Source: Octopus vulgaris (taxonomy: Eukaryota). From it: 64,000 nt of DNA. Of this stretch, positions 37,210-52,437 are shown one piece after another (positions within the stretch are counted from its first letter, which is position 1; every line of letters begins with the position of its first letter). The stretch lies in assembly GCA_951406725.2 (NCBI GenBank), contig OX597826.1:56420001-56484000 (forward strand). The letters are read 5' to 3'. Under the pieces are notes generated by a model. It was not told the DNA's origin. It saw only the letters and a program-made list of their open reading frames with translations, and made no database searches. The position numbers and the translations under genes were made by a program.

Positions 37210-38216
37210 ATGAGAGCAAGAATAAGCTTTACTTCAGAGGTAAGTAGTAGTGGTGATGATGGTGGTGGTGGTGGTGGTGGTAGTATTAGAGTTAGTAATG
37301 AGAGCAAGAATAAGCTTTACTTCAGACAATGAACTATTATCAGAGAAGAAAGAAGGAGCTGACATATAGACGAGACATGAAATAGGGACAGAACAGGATG
37401 ACCAGCTTTGTGTGAAAAGGAAAAGTTGTGAAAAGTGGGAATGAAACTGGATAAACCATTGGCAAAAAATTCAAATTGAAACTATAAGAGATTGTTGAAG
37501 TGTTAGAGAGAGTGATTCATTCCTAATACTGTTCGCCTTGTGTTTAAATCAGAAAATATTATCAAAAGGAATAAAAATGGTCAAGTTACTTTCTTGGGTC
37601 ATGCTGACTCACAAGGGCCAGTTTTCTGGTTTACATGGTGTATAGATGCCCCCACCTGGATAGGATGCTGGTCAGTCGCAAGATTACTCTCTTTTACTCT
37701 TCTACTTGTTTCAGTCATTTGACTGTGGCCATGCTGGAGCACCACCTTTAGTCGAGCAAATCGACCCCAGGACTTATTCTTTGTAAGCCTAGTACTTATT
37801 CTATTGGTCTCTTTTGCCGAACCACTAAGTTACGGGGATGTAAACACACCAGCATCGGTTGTCAAGCGATGTTGGGCGGACAAACACAGACACACAAACA
37901 TATACACACACACATACATATATATATCACGTGACACATCGCTGGTCACAATGCGCTTCGCATTATTTTAGCCTTCAAATGACACCACCCCGCTGGCTAA
38001 GCGAGCAGGCCAACAGAAGAAAGAGTGAGAGAAAGAGTGGTGAAAGAGTACAGCAGGGATCCCCCCCCCTGCCGGAGCCTCGTGGAGCTTTTTTAGGTGT
38101 TTTCGCTCAATAAACACACAGAACGCCCGGTCTGGGAATCGAAACCGCGATCCTACGACCGCGAGTCTGCTGCCCTAACCACTGGGCCATTGCGCCTCCA
38201 CACACACACACACACC

Positions 38217-38300
<84 letters not shown>

Positions 38301-39178
38301 GATGGGCTTCGTTCAGTTTCTGTCTACCAAATCCACTGACAAGGCTTTGGTCGGCTTGAGGCTATAGTAGAAGACGCTTGCCCAGAACCATGTGGTTCGT
38401 AAGCAAACTACTTACCACACAGCCACTCCTACACCTTTTGCTAGCTGACTGGACTGGAGCAACATAAAATGAAGTGGTTTCCTCAAGAACACAATACATC
38501 ACCCAGTCCTGGAATCGAAACCACAATCTTACAATCATGAGTCAAATGCACTAATCACTAAGTCATGTGCCTCCACTATATTAAAAGCAATGGAATGGCA
38601 GAATTATTACTGCATTGGACAAAATGTCTTGGTGCTTTTTCTTTTGGATTTTTGGGATCTGAGTTCAAAACCTGCCAAAGTCACCTTTACCTTTCATCCT
38701 TCCAGGGCTGATAAAATAACATACCAATCAAGTATTTGGCTCAATGGTACCAGCTAATCTTGTCTCTTCAAGATTGCATGGCCAAACCTGTGCCTATCCA
38801 CACAGCCATGCCTGCACCTTAATTTAATAAACTATAACCAAATTTAAAGGACTATAACCTCTAAAAACATTGTTTTATGTTTTATGTTCTGCTGACATAG
38901 AAAATTGCTGGTTTGACGTACTATAAACAACAGCCAAATTTGACTTGTATCACATCTCTTTTACTCATATACTTGTTTCAGTCATTTGATTGCGGCCATG
39001 CTGAAGCACCGCCCTTAGTCGAGCAAATCGACTCCAGGACTTATTCTTTGTAAGCCTAGTACTTATTCTATCAGTCTGTTTTGCCGAACTACTAAGTTAC
39101 AGGTATGTAAACATACCACCATCGGTTATCAAGCGATGTTGGGGAGACAAACACAGACACACAAACATATACACACAC

Positions 39179-39229
<51 letters not shown>

Positions 39230-42200
39230 TATACATATATACAACGGGCTTCTTTCAGTTTCAATCTACCAAATCCACTGACAAGGCTTTGGTTGGCCTG
39301 AGGCTATAGTAGAAGGCACTTGCCCAAGGTATCATGCAGTGAGAGTGACCCCTGGAACCATGTGGTTCGTAAGCAAGCTACTTACCACACAGCCACTCCT
39401 GCTAATGTTTTAAAAACTGAAAGAGGAATCTGAAAGAAAGAAACAGACAAAAATAAGAGAGCATCTGCATACTGGTTGGACTTTCTAGAAGCAACACCAA
39501 AAATCTGTCTCATATCACAACTCATTGTTTTTAACGATTGAAGGCGGAATCTGAAAGGAGAACATGAACGCAAAGAGGTTGGTCAGGATTGGAAGATCTT
39601 TGACCATAGGTCTGCTCTTGAATAAAGATGAGCTTGGATAAACAACAACAACAGCGATAACAACAAACTAACCAACTACCCAACAAGCCAACCAGTTCTT
39701 AGTAACCAAATATTATTTCTTCGTAATTCCTTAAAATTCCTACAGCTTGTCAAAGAAGAAAGATATTTGAGTGGATCAAAAGGCTTTGAAGAATTACAAA
39801 TTTTCTTTGCTCTTGAGATCTCCTCAACCAATTTTCAGTAGGGTTTACAAGAACCCAAAACTCTCAGAATCTCTCTTTTTTCTTTCTTTTTTCTTTTTCT
39901 TTTTTTTTTTTTTTGGTTCCTTATTTCCTTAAAACTCCCTTAAACTGACTGATTTTCTAAGAATCATATTTCATTTATAAAAGGAATCATGTTAATCCCA
40001 GAACAAGACAACTTCACAAGATTCTCTAGATGTCTTCTAGTTAACCAAACCAAAGATCCGTTCTTCTTTTCTTACTTTCTTTCTTTCTTTATTTCTTTCC
40101 TTTTTTTTTTCTTCTTTCATACTGAAGAAACTATCAGATGTGTGAATATTGATCCATGTTCAAACAGACATCCGATAATTTTACAAATGTAAGCAACATC
40201 TTGGAAGGTTCATGGGTGAGGCTGAGGAGAAACTGAAGTAGATCAGAAAAAGGTGACTACTATGATGATGATGAGGATGATGGTGGTGGTGGTGGTGGTG
40301 GTGGTGGTGGTGATGATTATGATGAGGAGGATGACATTGACCTTGTCAATAATGATAATGATAATGATGATGACGAGGATAATAATGATGATGATGGTGA
40401 TTGTGGTGGTGGTGGTGGTAGTCACCATCACCACCACCACCACCACCACCACCATCATCATCATCATTGTCATCATCACCATCATAATCATCATCATCAT
40501 TGTTATCATCGCTATCATCATCATCATCATTATCGTCATCATCATTATCACAATCACCATCATCATCACAACCACCACCACCGTAACCACCACAACCACC
40601 ACCACCATCATCATCATCATTATAATTTAACACACCCTTTTCCATGCTGGACCGATGGGTCCAAGAACTGAATCGTGCTCCAACATCTTCTTTGGCCTGG
40701 TTTCTACAACTGGATGCCCTTCCTAATGCCCAACCCACTTTATAGCACATATACTCAGTGCTTTTATCATGCGATCAACACTACTGATTCTGGTGACCGT
40801 AAAGAAGGATTGTGATGTCCAAGACTTTCCCAATATTCTTAACTGAAGATGTGAAAACCATCATACCACTGGATATCATTAATTCAACAATATCATAAAT
40901 ACCACCTTTTATTCAACAGCCATTTCTATTAATAACATTAGTTTAGCAATAATATAAATTTACTCTCCTTCCATGACAATCCTATATTATTTTTAATTTT
41001 GGAACAATTTTTCTTCGCATTTACTTTTTTTTTAATATATATGCTATAGTGCAATTTGAGTGAAATTTAGCTGCTGTTTTTACCAGGTTGAGTATTTATA
41101 TAGAAGCTCCCTCAATGGTTTGACTACACATATATTGAAGTGGATTGTACAACTTTGTGGTATCTATTTACAGTTTAGTAGACTGTACCTATTTCTTTAC
41201 TACCCACAAGGGGCTAAACACAGAGAGGATAAACAAGGACAGACGAAGGGATTGAGTCGATTATATATCGCCCCCAGTGCGTAACTGGTACTTAATTTAT
41301 CGACCCCGAAAGGATGAAAGGCAAAGTCGACCTTGGTGGAATTTGAACTCAGAACGTAACGGCAGACGAAATACTGTTAAGCATTTTGCCCGGCGTGCTA
41401 ACGTTTCTGCCAGCTCACCGCCTTGTTTAGTAGACTGTACCATTGCTGAGACCTATGTGTTTTTGTCATAGACATAATGTAACCCTTAGGAAAGGAAATA
41501 TACTGACAAACACCGAAGAGGATTGCCTTGTAGCCAAAGTAATTGAGGACATCCAACTCTTCAATATCTCCATTTCTCTCTCTCTCATTCTCTCTCCTTT
41601 CTCTCTTTTCCTCAGGTGTATGTTGTTACCTCGAAGTAAATAAGGCCAAATTATGCAGACCTACAATCAAAACTGTTCCAGACATGACCAACCCAACTTC
41701 TTAGTAGGTATAGCCTCCCTAGGACTGCATTATTCAAAATAGTAGTCCTGTGGTTTAACCAGCACTCCATCGGTTACAACAACATGTGTTTGAGCTGATC
41801 CGATCAACAGAACAGCCTCCTGAAATTAATAAGCAAGAGGCCGAATGCTCCACAGACATATGTACCTCCCCTTAATGTATTTTTAAGACAGATTAAGTGT
41901 GACTCAGAATGTGACATGGGTGACCCTTTGAACTATAGGCACAACCCATTTTTGCCAGTTGAGTGGATAGGAGCAAAGTGAAATAAAGTGTTTTGCTCAA
42001 GGATACAAGGAATTGCTGGGAATTGAACTCATGATCTTGCGATTGTAAACCAAATACCTTAAGTCATGTGCTCTCACACACAGTCCTGTGATCTAGAGGA
42101 CACTTGGCAGATATTTCTAACAGACCACAAGAAAATTCTGTAATGTTGCCTTGTGGTTGCCTTGTGGTTGACTGAACCGATTCCTGATTCCAGATTCAGA

Positions 42201-42824
42201 AGAAACACTGGTAGAAGAGAGAGAAACATGTCTTGGGGTGGGATGCTAGAATAGCAAAAGTAATTTCCCAAGAATTTCTAGTACTTACAACTGAAGGAAC
42301 TGAGGAACAGGGAATAGAATATGCACCCAATAAATAATAAACTGCCTCAACTTGATTTGAACTCTCAGTGCATGAAAATGGTATCCAAGTATTTTATCCA
42401 CTCAACCATTTTAATTCTCTCTGTTTCTTTACCCAGTCTGTTCTCTCTCTTACTCTCTTTCTCTCTCTCTCTTACTCTCTTTCTCTCTCTCTCTCTCTCT
42501 TTCTTTCTCTGTATATATATATATATATATCATCATCATCATCATCATCATCGTTTAACGTCCGTTTTCCGCGCTAGCATGAGTTGGACGGTTCGACCGG
42601 GGTCTGGGAAGCCAGGGGCTGCACCAGGCTCCAGTCTGATCTGGCAGAGTTTCTACAGCTGGATGCCCTTCCTACTGCCAACCACTCTGCGAGTGTAGTG
42701 GGTGCTTTTTACGTGCCACCTGCACAGGTGCCAGGGGAGTCCGGCATCGGCCACGATTGGTTGGTGCTTTTAACGTGCCACCGGCATATATATATATATG
42801 CCGGTGGCACGTTAAAAGCACCAA

Positions 42825-43960
42825 AATCTAGAGTTCTGGAGTCGATGAACTCTTTGAACACACTCTCAGCATCGGTTTGATTTCTGAATTCCTTCCCTCG
42901 CAGGAAACCATCAAGGTGCTTGAAACAGTGGAAGTCGGTAGAAGAAAGGTCTGGTGAATAAGCTGGGTGGGGAAGAACTTTGTAGCCAAGTTCCCTCAAC
43001 TTCTGGAGTGTCATTAGTGAAACATGTGGTCAAGCATTGCTATGAAGAATGATTGGCCCTCTTCTGTTGACCAGTGGAAGGGTAGCAGTTTTTCATCCAT
43101 TTTGACAATTTCGTGGCAATATGTTTCAGCAGTAAAGGTTTTTCTGGGTTTTAAGAAATTATAGTGGATGAGTCCAACAGTACACTGCCAAATAGTCACC
43201 ATAACCTTCTTTTTGATGAGTTCGGGCTTAGGGAAGGTTTACGGTGCTTCATTTTGGTCCACCCACTGTGAAGAATGTTTTTTATTATTGTACAGAATCC
43301 ACTTTTCATCACAAGTCACAATACAGTCAAGAAACGGATTGGTCTGATTACGGAAAAGAAGCAAACTTTATATTTGTGCATTTTCTGATTTTCATTCAAA
43401 TCAAGTGGTACCCATTTGGTGTGGTACCCATTTGTCGAGCTTTTTTGACTTTCTGATCACATGAAAATGGTTGCAGGAAGTTTTCTGACTAACTTGAAGT
43501 TCTTTTGCCAGTTCTCAAGTGGTTTTATGTGTATCTTTCTCAATGACAGTTTTTAATCAACTGTCATCGATGACAGTTCGACGTCCACTATGCTCACGAT
43601 TTTCATGGCTCAGGACTACAATGCAAAATCGTTTAAATCATTTTCAAGCTGACCACTCACTGGTCATTTCCTTACTAAACATTTCGTTGATATCGTTAGC
43701 AGTTTCAGCTGCTTTAAATCCTTTTTTGAAGTTGAATAGCAAAATTGCTTGAAAATCACAATTTAACAGTTCTATTTCAGATGATTGAAACAGCAGTGAA
43801 AAAAATATCAACGTTAATTTATTTCTACATTTGGGCAAGTCTATGTCTATATAATCAGGCAATTGCAAAAAAAGGTTTAAAAAAAATTCAAAACTCTGCA
43901 AAAATCCGGTACAAATTCTTCATGGTTCAAAACGTTACTTACTTTTTACTCAACCTGATA
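42825..43960 (-). pseudogene. Mariner (DD34D) transposase pseudogene with one TIR
   Basis: ILLFNFKKGFKAAETANDINEMF (HTH), MVTIW...GLIHYNFLKP...TAETYC, LGYKVLPHPAYSPDLSSTDFHCFKHL. TIR tatcaggttgagtaaaaagtaagtaacg at 43960. Multiple frameshifts, 3' end truncated. Confidence 0.93.
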
Positions 43961-44196
43961 CCCGTATGTCTTCCACAAATGTAAGTTGAAACATCCTGAC
44001 CAAGTTGTAAGGAAATGGCGTATTAAATATACATACATATATTTGTGTGTGTGTGTGTATTTAATTCATCATTTATATATACACACACATGCATATATAT
44101 ATATATATATATGTATATATGCATATATATATATGTATATATATATATCTATGTATACATGTATGTATATATATATATACATATATATATATACAT

Positions 44197-44258
<62 letters not shown>

Positions 44259-45556
44259 GCATATATACATATATATGTATAAATATATTTACATGCATAT
44301 ATGTATATATTGGTGATATACATATATACATACATGTATGTGTATGTATATAAATATATATATATACATACACATATATAAAAAAATTTTCACTGACATA
44401 CATAAATACATATATATATATACACAAACACACAAAGACACACACACATATACATATACTCAAGTACACACATTGCCACAATGTGTGTGTGTGTTTTGTA
44501 TATAGGCATGTATGCACGAATGAACACACACACATACACATACACACATACACACACACACATATACACATACACACAGAGAAAAAGAGAGAGAGACCAG
44601 GCAACACATGCAAGCTACTTCCTGATTTCCTGATTGCTGAAAGAAGACTGACAAGAACAGTCAAAACTACCAATTCCAGCTGTAATGAATGAGAAAACAC
44701 AGAGAAAATCATTCCCAGGATTCTTTTGATGGAACTTCACGAACCAATGTGGGAGCCTCTGCATGGTCAACTGAACTGCTAAAAACCACAGCCAAATTTC
44801 CTTTAACCATGCCTTAAGGTCTAAACAGTTATATGCTGTATGCTACTAGATATTCCACTATATGTTTGAGTAAAAGATGTGATGGTCACAGCTGGATTGA
44901 TCGTAGGTTTGCCAAGTTAAGTAACCAGACATAAAGAACCTGATTTTTTAAAAATAAGTACTAGATTGGATTGGCTGTGTTGTAAGTAGCTTGCTTCTGA
45001 ACCACATGGTTCCAGGTTCAGTCCCACTGCATGAAACCTTGGGCAAATGTCTTCTACCATAGCCTTGGACTGACCAAAGCCTTGTGAGTGGATTTGGTAG
45101 ATGGAAACTGAAAGAAGCCTGTTATTATCATCATCATCATCATCTAACGTCCGTTTTCCGTGCTAGTATGGGTTGGACGGTTCGACCGGGGTCTGGGAAG
45201 CCAGGAGGCTGCACCAGGCTCCAGTCTGATCTGGCAGTGTTTCTACAGCTGGATGCCCTTCCTAACGCCAACCACTCCGTGAGTGTAGTGGGTGCTTTTT
45301 ACGTGCCACCAGCACAGGTGCCTGGGGAGTCTGGCAGCGGCCACGATTGGTTGGTGCTTTTTACGTGCCACTGGCACAGAAGCCAGTCAAGGTGGCGCTG
45401 GCATTGGCAGGGCTGTGTGGTAAGAAGCTTGTATCCTAACCACATGGTTCCAAGTACAGTCTCACTGTGTGGTACCTTGGGCAAGTCTCTTCTACTATAG
45501 CATCAGGCCAACCATAGTCTTGTGAGGGGATTTGGTAGACGGAAACTGAAAGAAGC

Positions 45557-45642
<86 letters not shown>

Positions 45643-46397
45643 TATATATCTATGTGTCTGTGTCTCTGTGTATGTGTTTGACACCTGGTGCTGATGTGTT
45701 TACATCCCTGTAACTTAGCAGTTTGGCAAAAGGGAACCAATAGAATAAGTACCAGGTTTAAGAAATAACTTTTCAAAGCAGTGCTCCAGCATGGCCACAG
45801 TCAAATGACTGAAACAAGTAAAAGAGTAAAAGAATGAAAGAATAATCCCTTCAAGATGGTGCCCCCAACACATCAGAAAATGGAAAATTGAGTTGATGAC
45901 TAATATATATAAGTGTATTCCACTCGTGACCAACACTTGTTATTTTTTTTTTTTTTTTGTAAATCTACAACTACATTGTCTTTTCCTGCTTTTTTTTTCT
46001 TTCAAGCAGTGGAATGCAATCAGATGTGGCTGCTATTTCTAGCATACAGATCCTTCCTTCTTAACCTGTGCTACCATGAAATTGTTGCTGCTGTTGCTTT
46101 TGTTGGTGTTGTTGTTGTTGTTTAGCCTTAGGTCAGTCAGTCTTGATGGAGCAGGCCTATGATCAAAGGTAAATCTATCCATGACCTTCTTGTCTTTTTT
46201 TTTTTTTTCAATATACAGTAAACTCAGTACCACATTTATCTAATGTGTCGCTTTCTCTTAAAGACAGAACAGAGAGCGATATGAGAGAGATTTAGCTGCT
46301 ATTTCAAGCATACACCCTTGACAGTTCATGCTGCTGAGTGATGCATCAATCAGGTGAAATTCCAACTTCACCCAACTTCTTTTGTCCTGAAATATAT

Positions 46398-46428
<31 letters not shown>

Positions 46429-47221
46429 TCTTCCCTCACTCCACCCTACACCCCAGACACACACCTCTACCCTACATCATGTCCCCCTCCACACCAGCTT
46501 TCCTCCAGAATCTTTCTCACAGAAGATTTCAACGAACATCAGAAATATCATATAGCCATTAAGACAATAACTGGTAAATTCTTCAGCAACAGTCGCTCGG
46601 CTTTCTTCAGCTTCTGTTTGTTTGTTTGTTGTTTGTTTTTCTTTCAGAACTTTTCTTAGCTAATTGGTGTCTTTGTTGTGTTACTTTCCAAGAATTTGGA
46701 AGTTATATATTATTACTTGTGTGTGTGTGTGTGTAAAATAATCCTAAAAGAATATACAATGATACTACATAAATGTGTGTGTCTATGTGTATGTATGTAT
46801 GTGTGTGTATGTATGTATGTCTGTGTATGTAAGTGTATGTGTGTGTATATGTGTGTTTGCCATCCTAATTAGGACTGTCTCTCTGAAGGAATGTGGAAGT
46901 AAAGTTAGTTAAAATGGAATAGCAGAGTGTCAAGATAAATGCCTTGTTTTTTTTTATATGTTCTACATTCTAGTCCCACCAGATTCAACCCCATCTTTCT
47001 CAGCCCTTTTAGAGTCAGCAAAATCAGTTCCAGTATTATATTAGCCCTTGGAGTTCAAATGCCGGTTTTTCCTTTTGGGGTTGATAAAATAAGCACCAGT
47101 TAGATATCGGGGTCAATGTAATCAACAAGGACACACACACACACAAAATTGCTGGCCTTGGACCAAAATTTGAAACTAATATCATATTAACCCTTTTGAT
47201 ACAAATCTTCCTGGGTCTGCC

Positions 47222-48184
47222 CATAGTCCTATGATACCCTTATTGTTTTTAGTCTTCATAAATGACTTGCCCGACGACCTCACGCAACACACCCTTCTAT
47301 TTGCCGATGATGTCAAACTGGTTGCTCCTCGCGGTGATATAGATGATCTTCGTCGATGCCTCCACCAAGTTTGGAGATGGTGTAATGAATGGGACCTGTG
47401 TCTGAACATGTCAAAGTGTTGTCATCTGCCTGTTGGCTCTACTCCGGCAACTCAACTTGATTTCGAGCTGGGTCGTCTGCTGCTGAAGAGGACCGACCAG
47501 GTAAAGGACCTGGGTATCTTGGTGGATTCTTCCTTTTCGCCTTTGGCCCAGTGCGTCCATGCTGCCAACAAAGCACACGGAGTTCAGTTTTTGATTCGAC
47601 AGTCATTTGGAATGCTCACAGCAGCCATATTCCTACCGCTCTATGTCACACTGGTGAGACCCATATTGGAGTACGGGATTCAAGCCTCTTCTCCTTATCT
47701 CCTCAAAGACATAGATCATCTTGAAAGAGTCCAGAAGCTGGCTACCCGCATGGTTCTTGGTCTCAAGCATTTGTCTTATGAAGAAAGGCTAAAGACGCTC
47801 AACCTTTATTCTCTAGAAAAACAACGACGTCGTGGTGATCTCATTCTTGCTCACAACATCATAAGCGAAAAGTGTAACCTCTCGAAAGAGCTGTTCTTCA
47901 CTCCTGCTCCAGAGCGTTGGCTGCGGGGTCACTCTGAAAAGCTCCATCTGCGATGATTTCATCTCAATCAAAGGAGAGGGGCTTTCTCCATCCGGGTTGC
48001 GGATCCATGGAATAAGCTGCCGGACGAGATAGTGAAGATGCCGACAACCGCTCGGTTCAAAGTCTCTCTTGACCAGAAATGGCCTGAACTCTTTGCATGA
48101 ACACCCTCCCTGTACATAACTCCATGTCCACCTACATGGCCTTGCTTTTTGCTTTTTTGAGCAAAAAAATTAACTTAACAAACT
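47222..48184 (+). pseudogene. 5'-truncated CR1-group LINE (RT C-terminal half plus 3' UTR)
   Basis: PLLFLVFINDLP...LLFADDVKL...VKDLGILVDSSF...LYVTLVRPILEYG...LERVQKLATRMV...LSYEERLKTLNLYSLEKQRRRGDLI. Premature TGA at 47954, after which the frame continues FSIRVADPWNKLPDEIV...FKVSLD. Confidence 0.95.
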
Positions 48185-48689
48185 TCCTGCTTTCAAGTGA
48201 CCTAGATTTAATTAATGTTAATTTATGCTTCAATCTACAGTGGCAAGCTAGCAGAATTAATTAGCATTGTAGGCAAAATGCTTAGAAGCATTTCATACAT
48301 CTTTATATTTGGGGTTCAAGTTCTGCCAAGGTCAGTTTTGTTTTTTCGTCCTATTTTGGAGTCGATAAAATAAGTACCGGTTGAGCACTGGGATAGATGT
48401 AATCAACTTTACTGTTCCCCCGAAATTGCTGGCCTTGTGTCAAATTTTGAAACCAACAGCAAATTGATATGAGAGTTCTTTTGATAAATTCTTTATTTTC
48501 AATTCTAATTTGGGGAGGAGGAGGAGGAGGAGGAGGAGGAGGAGGCAAAGAAGAGAGGAGAAGTAAGCAATAATAAGTGTGATGGTGATGTTGATTGATG
48601 ACAAAATTTGCAATGATGATGATCATGATGAGAATGATGCCAGTGGAGATGTTTATATGGCAGTGGTGGTGTTCATGGGATGGTGATGA

Positions 48690-48730
48690 GGAAGAGAAGT
48701 ATGATGATGATGATGATCATCATCATCATT

Positions 48731-48769
<39 letters not shown>

Positions 48770-49745
48770 GTTTTCATGCTCACAATTGTGATCATGTTAA
48801 CGATGGTAATAATGGTGAACATGATGATGCTCAGACCATAATGAGAATGACAATTATGTTCATAATGATGATGATGGGGATGATGACGATGATATCAATG
48901 ATGCAATGATGATGATGATGATGATGATGATGTCGATGATTAAGAGGAGGAGGATGACAACAACAGTGATGATACTGAAGACAACAATGATGATGGTGAT
49001 GATGATGATGACAATGATATTGATGATGGTGATGATGATGATGATGACAACACTGATGATGATGACAACAACAACGATGATGATGATGATGATAGCAATG
49101 ATAGCAATGAGGATGATGATGGTGATTATGATGATGAGGATGACACTGGTGATGATGATGACAATGATGATGATGATGATGGCAATGATGATGACATCGA
49201 CAATAATAATGATGATGGTGAATACAACAACAATGAAGACAACAATGATGATGATGATGATAATGATGATGATAATGATGATGATGACGGTGATGATGAC
49301 ACTGGCGATGATGATGATGATGATCATCATCATTATCATCATCATTTAACATCCGGTGACGATAATGACAATGATGGTGATGATAATGCTGACAGCGATG
49401 ATGACAATGATGATGATGACAATGTTGATGATGATGATGATCATCATCATCATCATCATAATCATGATTATGATCATGATCACGATGATGATGATGATGA
49501 TGATAATGATGATGATGATGACCATGATGATCATGATGATCATGATGATCATGATGATCATGATGATCATGATGATCATGATGATCATGATGGTGATGAT
49601 GGTGATGATGATGATGGTGTATATACAACAACGACAACGGTGATGACGATGATGATGATGATGACAACGGTAATGATAATAATAATGATAACGATGATGC
49701 CGATGATGATGATAGTGATTATGATGATGACGACGACGGCAGTGA
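48690..49745. repeat. (GAT)/(CAT) trinucleotide array with strand switches and a 9-bp (atgatgatc)n block
   Basis: Direct inspection. A similar mixed array lies at 40260-40620. Confidence 0.9.
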
Positions 49746-50409
49746 TGGAAAAGAAAAAGAAACAAAAGATCTGAGACATTCAACAAAATAACAAACTTAA
49801 CAAGCCACAAACCATCAGAAATATAACTTTTGATTTCATCTTTTCATTTCACTCCCTTTTATTTCCACTTTTCATTGGAGAGCTGGAATGTTAAAAAAAA
49901 AAAAAAAAAATCATATTTATTCTTCTATATTTATATATCTATTAATTTATTTATTGATTATTATTGATCGATTGATTTAGATTTTGATTTTTATTTCTAT
50001 TTTATTTTTTATCTTTATTTTTATTTCTACTCTTTATTTTGTATCATTTTTTTTTTGTGTTTGTCGTGTTATTTTATTTTATTTTAATCATTTTTGTAAA
50101 AATTATGAATAGCTTCTGGAACTTTGATAGCATGAAAAAGAAAATGGTGGACATTATGTGAGTGTGTGTGTGCGCGTGTATGAGTGTACGTGTATATATG
50201 TGTATGTGTGTGAGAGACACAGAGATCGTGTATGTGCATGTATATGTATATGTGCATGTGTGTTTGTGCACATATGCATATGCATACATAAATGCATGAG
50301 CATACACATACATATGTGTACACATGCATATACACACACGCACATAGACACAGACACACACACACACACACATACACTATATATGCACACCCACGCATAT
50401 ACATATATG

Positions 50410-50483
<74 letters not shown>

Positions 50484-50920
50484 CTGATACACAAACACAC
50501 ACACATGTCTAGATTTACATATTTATATAGTATACACTATCTTCTCATAAACACATAGACACACACACACACACACATATATACACACATGTATATATGC
50601 ATATGTAATATATAATAAAATCATGTACCATTCAGTAGAAAGATTCTTTGTGTTGCTGTGTCAAATGTGAAATCACAGTCTGGCACGACCATAATATTCC
50701 AACATCTGATGTGTAATTCTTCTGCAATAAACTGCATTTCCCTTTCTCTCTTCTCTGTCTTTTAAACATTTGATACATGTGTCTGTCTGTTTGTACTCAT
50801 GCGGATATGTATATGCATGTACTTGTATGCGTGCATGTTTGTGTGCATGTGTGTGTGCATGCTTGTACCTCTATATGTTTGCATATACATATTCATATAC
50901 ACATCTATCTATCTATCTGT

Positions 50921-50977
<57 letters not shown>

Positions 50978-50982
50978 TATAC

Positions 50983-51034
<52 letters not shown>

Positions 51035-51838
51035 ATATATATATATATACCTGCATATATATGTATATATATACACACACACGCATGTATGCATATATAT
51101 GTGTTTATATATATATCTGTATATAATATATATATATTTGTACTACTGAATAAACAAAAATTGCCAGTGTGTATATGTGTATTGATGCATGTATGTGTAT
51201 ATATGTATGTATATACATATGTATGTATGTATGCATGCATGCATGTATGTACATATGTATGTATATGTCTCGTATGGGTATATTTATTTACATATATGTG
51301 TGTGTGCTTGCATATGCATGTGTATGTATATATGCATACATATTTACACATATGTGTGTGTATGTCTATGCGTATGTATCTATGTATGTGTATAATTTTC
51401 GTTCCAGACATCAAATGCAAAGCAAAAACAAATAAAGATTGAAAAAAAAAAACCACACGTACAACATCCATCTCCCACTGACACCACCACCACCACCACC
51501 ACCACCACCATCACCACTACCACCACCACCATCACCACCATTGCCACAACTCACCCCGACCTTTGCCTGCTCTCCACACCCGACCCACACCCACACCCAC
51601 ACCCACGCCCTCATCTCCACCCATGCCCACACCCACACGACAAGTCTTTTCTCTGTCTGTTTCCATGTTTGGCCATAAAACTATTCATTAAGTTGGATTA
51701 TAGTCAAGATTAATTACTTAATGAATGTCCACCATGTAATCATAGTACTACTGTAACCTTATCTCTCAACAGTTAGCATATAAAATACTAAATTACCAGA
51801 TTGCTCTTATTGTTTGTTGTTGGTGTTGTTGTTGTTAC

Positions 51839-51878
<40 letters not shown>

Positions 51879-52437
51879 CTTGCCCTTGTTGTTGTCGGTG
51901 TCCTTGTTACATTTTCATTTTTTTTTTTACTTTGTTTCTTTTATTTTATTATTTTTTGGTCAAACTGCATTATATTGCAATTTTCTTTTTATTTGTCCAG
52001 TTATTTTATTTTGAAATTTTGTTTTGTATATATATACTCTTTTTCTCTTTTTACTCTTTTTACTTGTTTCAGTCATTTGACTGCGGCCATGCTGGAGCAC
52101 CACCTTTTAGTACTTATTCTATCGGTCTCTTTTTGCCGAACCGCTAAGTGACGGGGACCTAAACACACCAGCATCGGTTGTCAAGCAATGCTAGGGGGAC
52201 AAACACAGACACACAAACACACACACATATACATATATATACATATATACGACAGGCTTCTTTCAGTTTCCGTCTACCAAATCCACTCACAAGGCATTGG
52301 TCGGCCCGGGGCTATAGCAGAAGACACTTGCCCAAGATGCCACGCAGTGGGACTGAACCCGCAACCGTGTGGTTGGTTAGCAAGCTACTTACCACACAGC
52401 CACTCCTGCGCCCGTATATATATATATATATATATAG

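Noticed and set aside
47231-47956. Functional reverse transcriptase or retron-like gene
   Set aside because: 5'-truncated CR1-group LINE lacking the N-terminal RT motifs, with a premature stop.
48831-49667. 278-aa His/Cys-rich ORF
   Set aside because: CAT/TGT trinucleotide array with parallel poly-Ile and poly-Met frames and no complex sequence.
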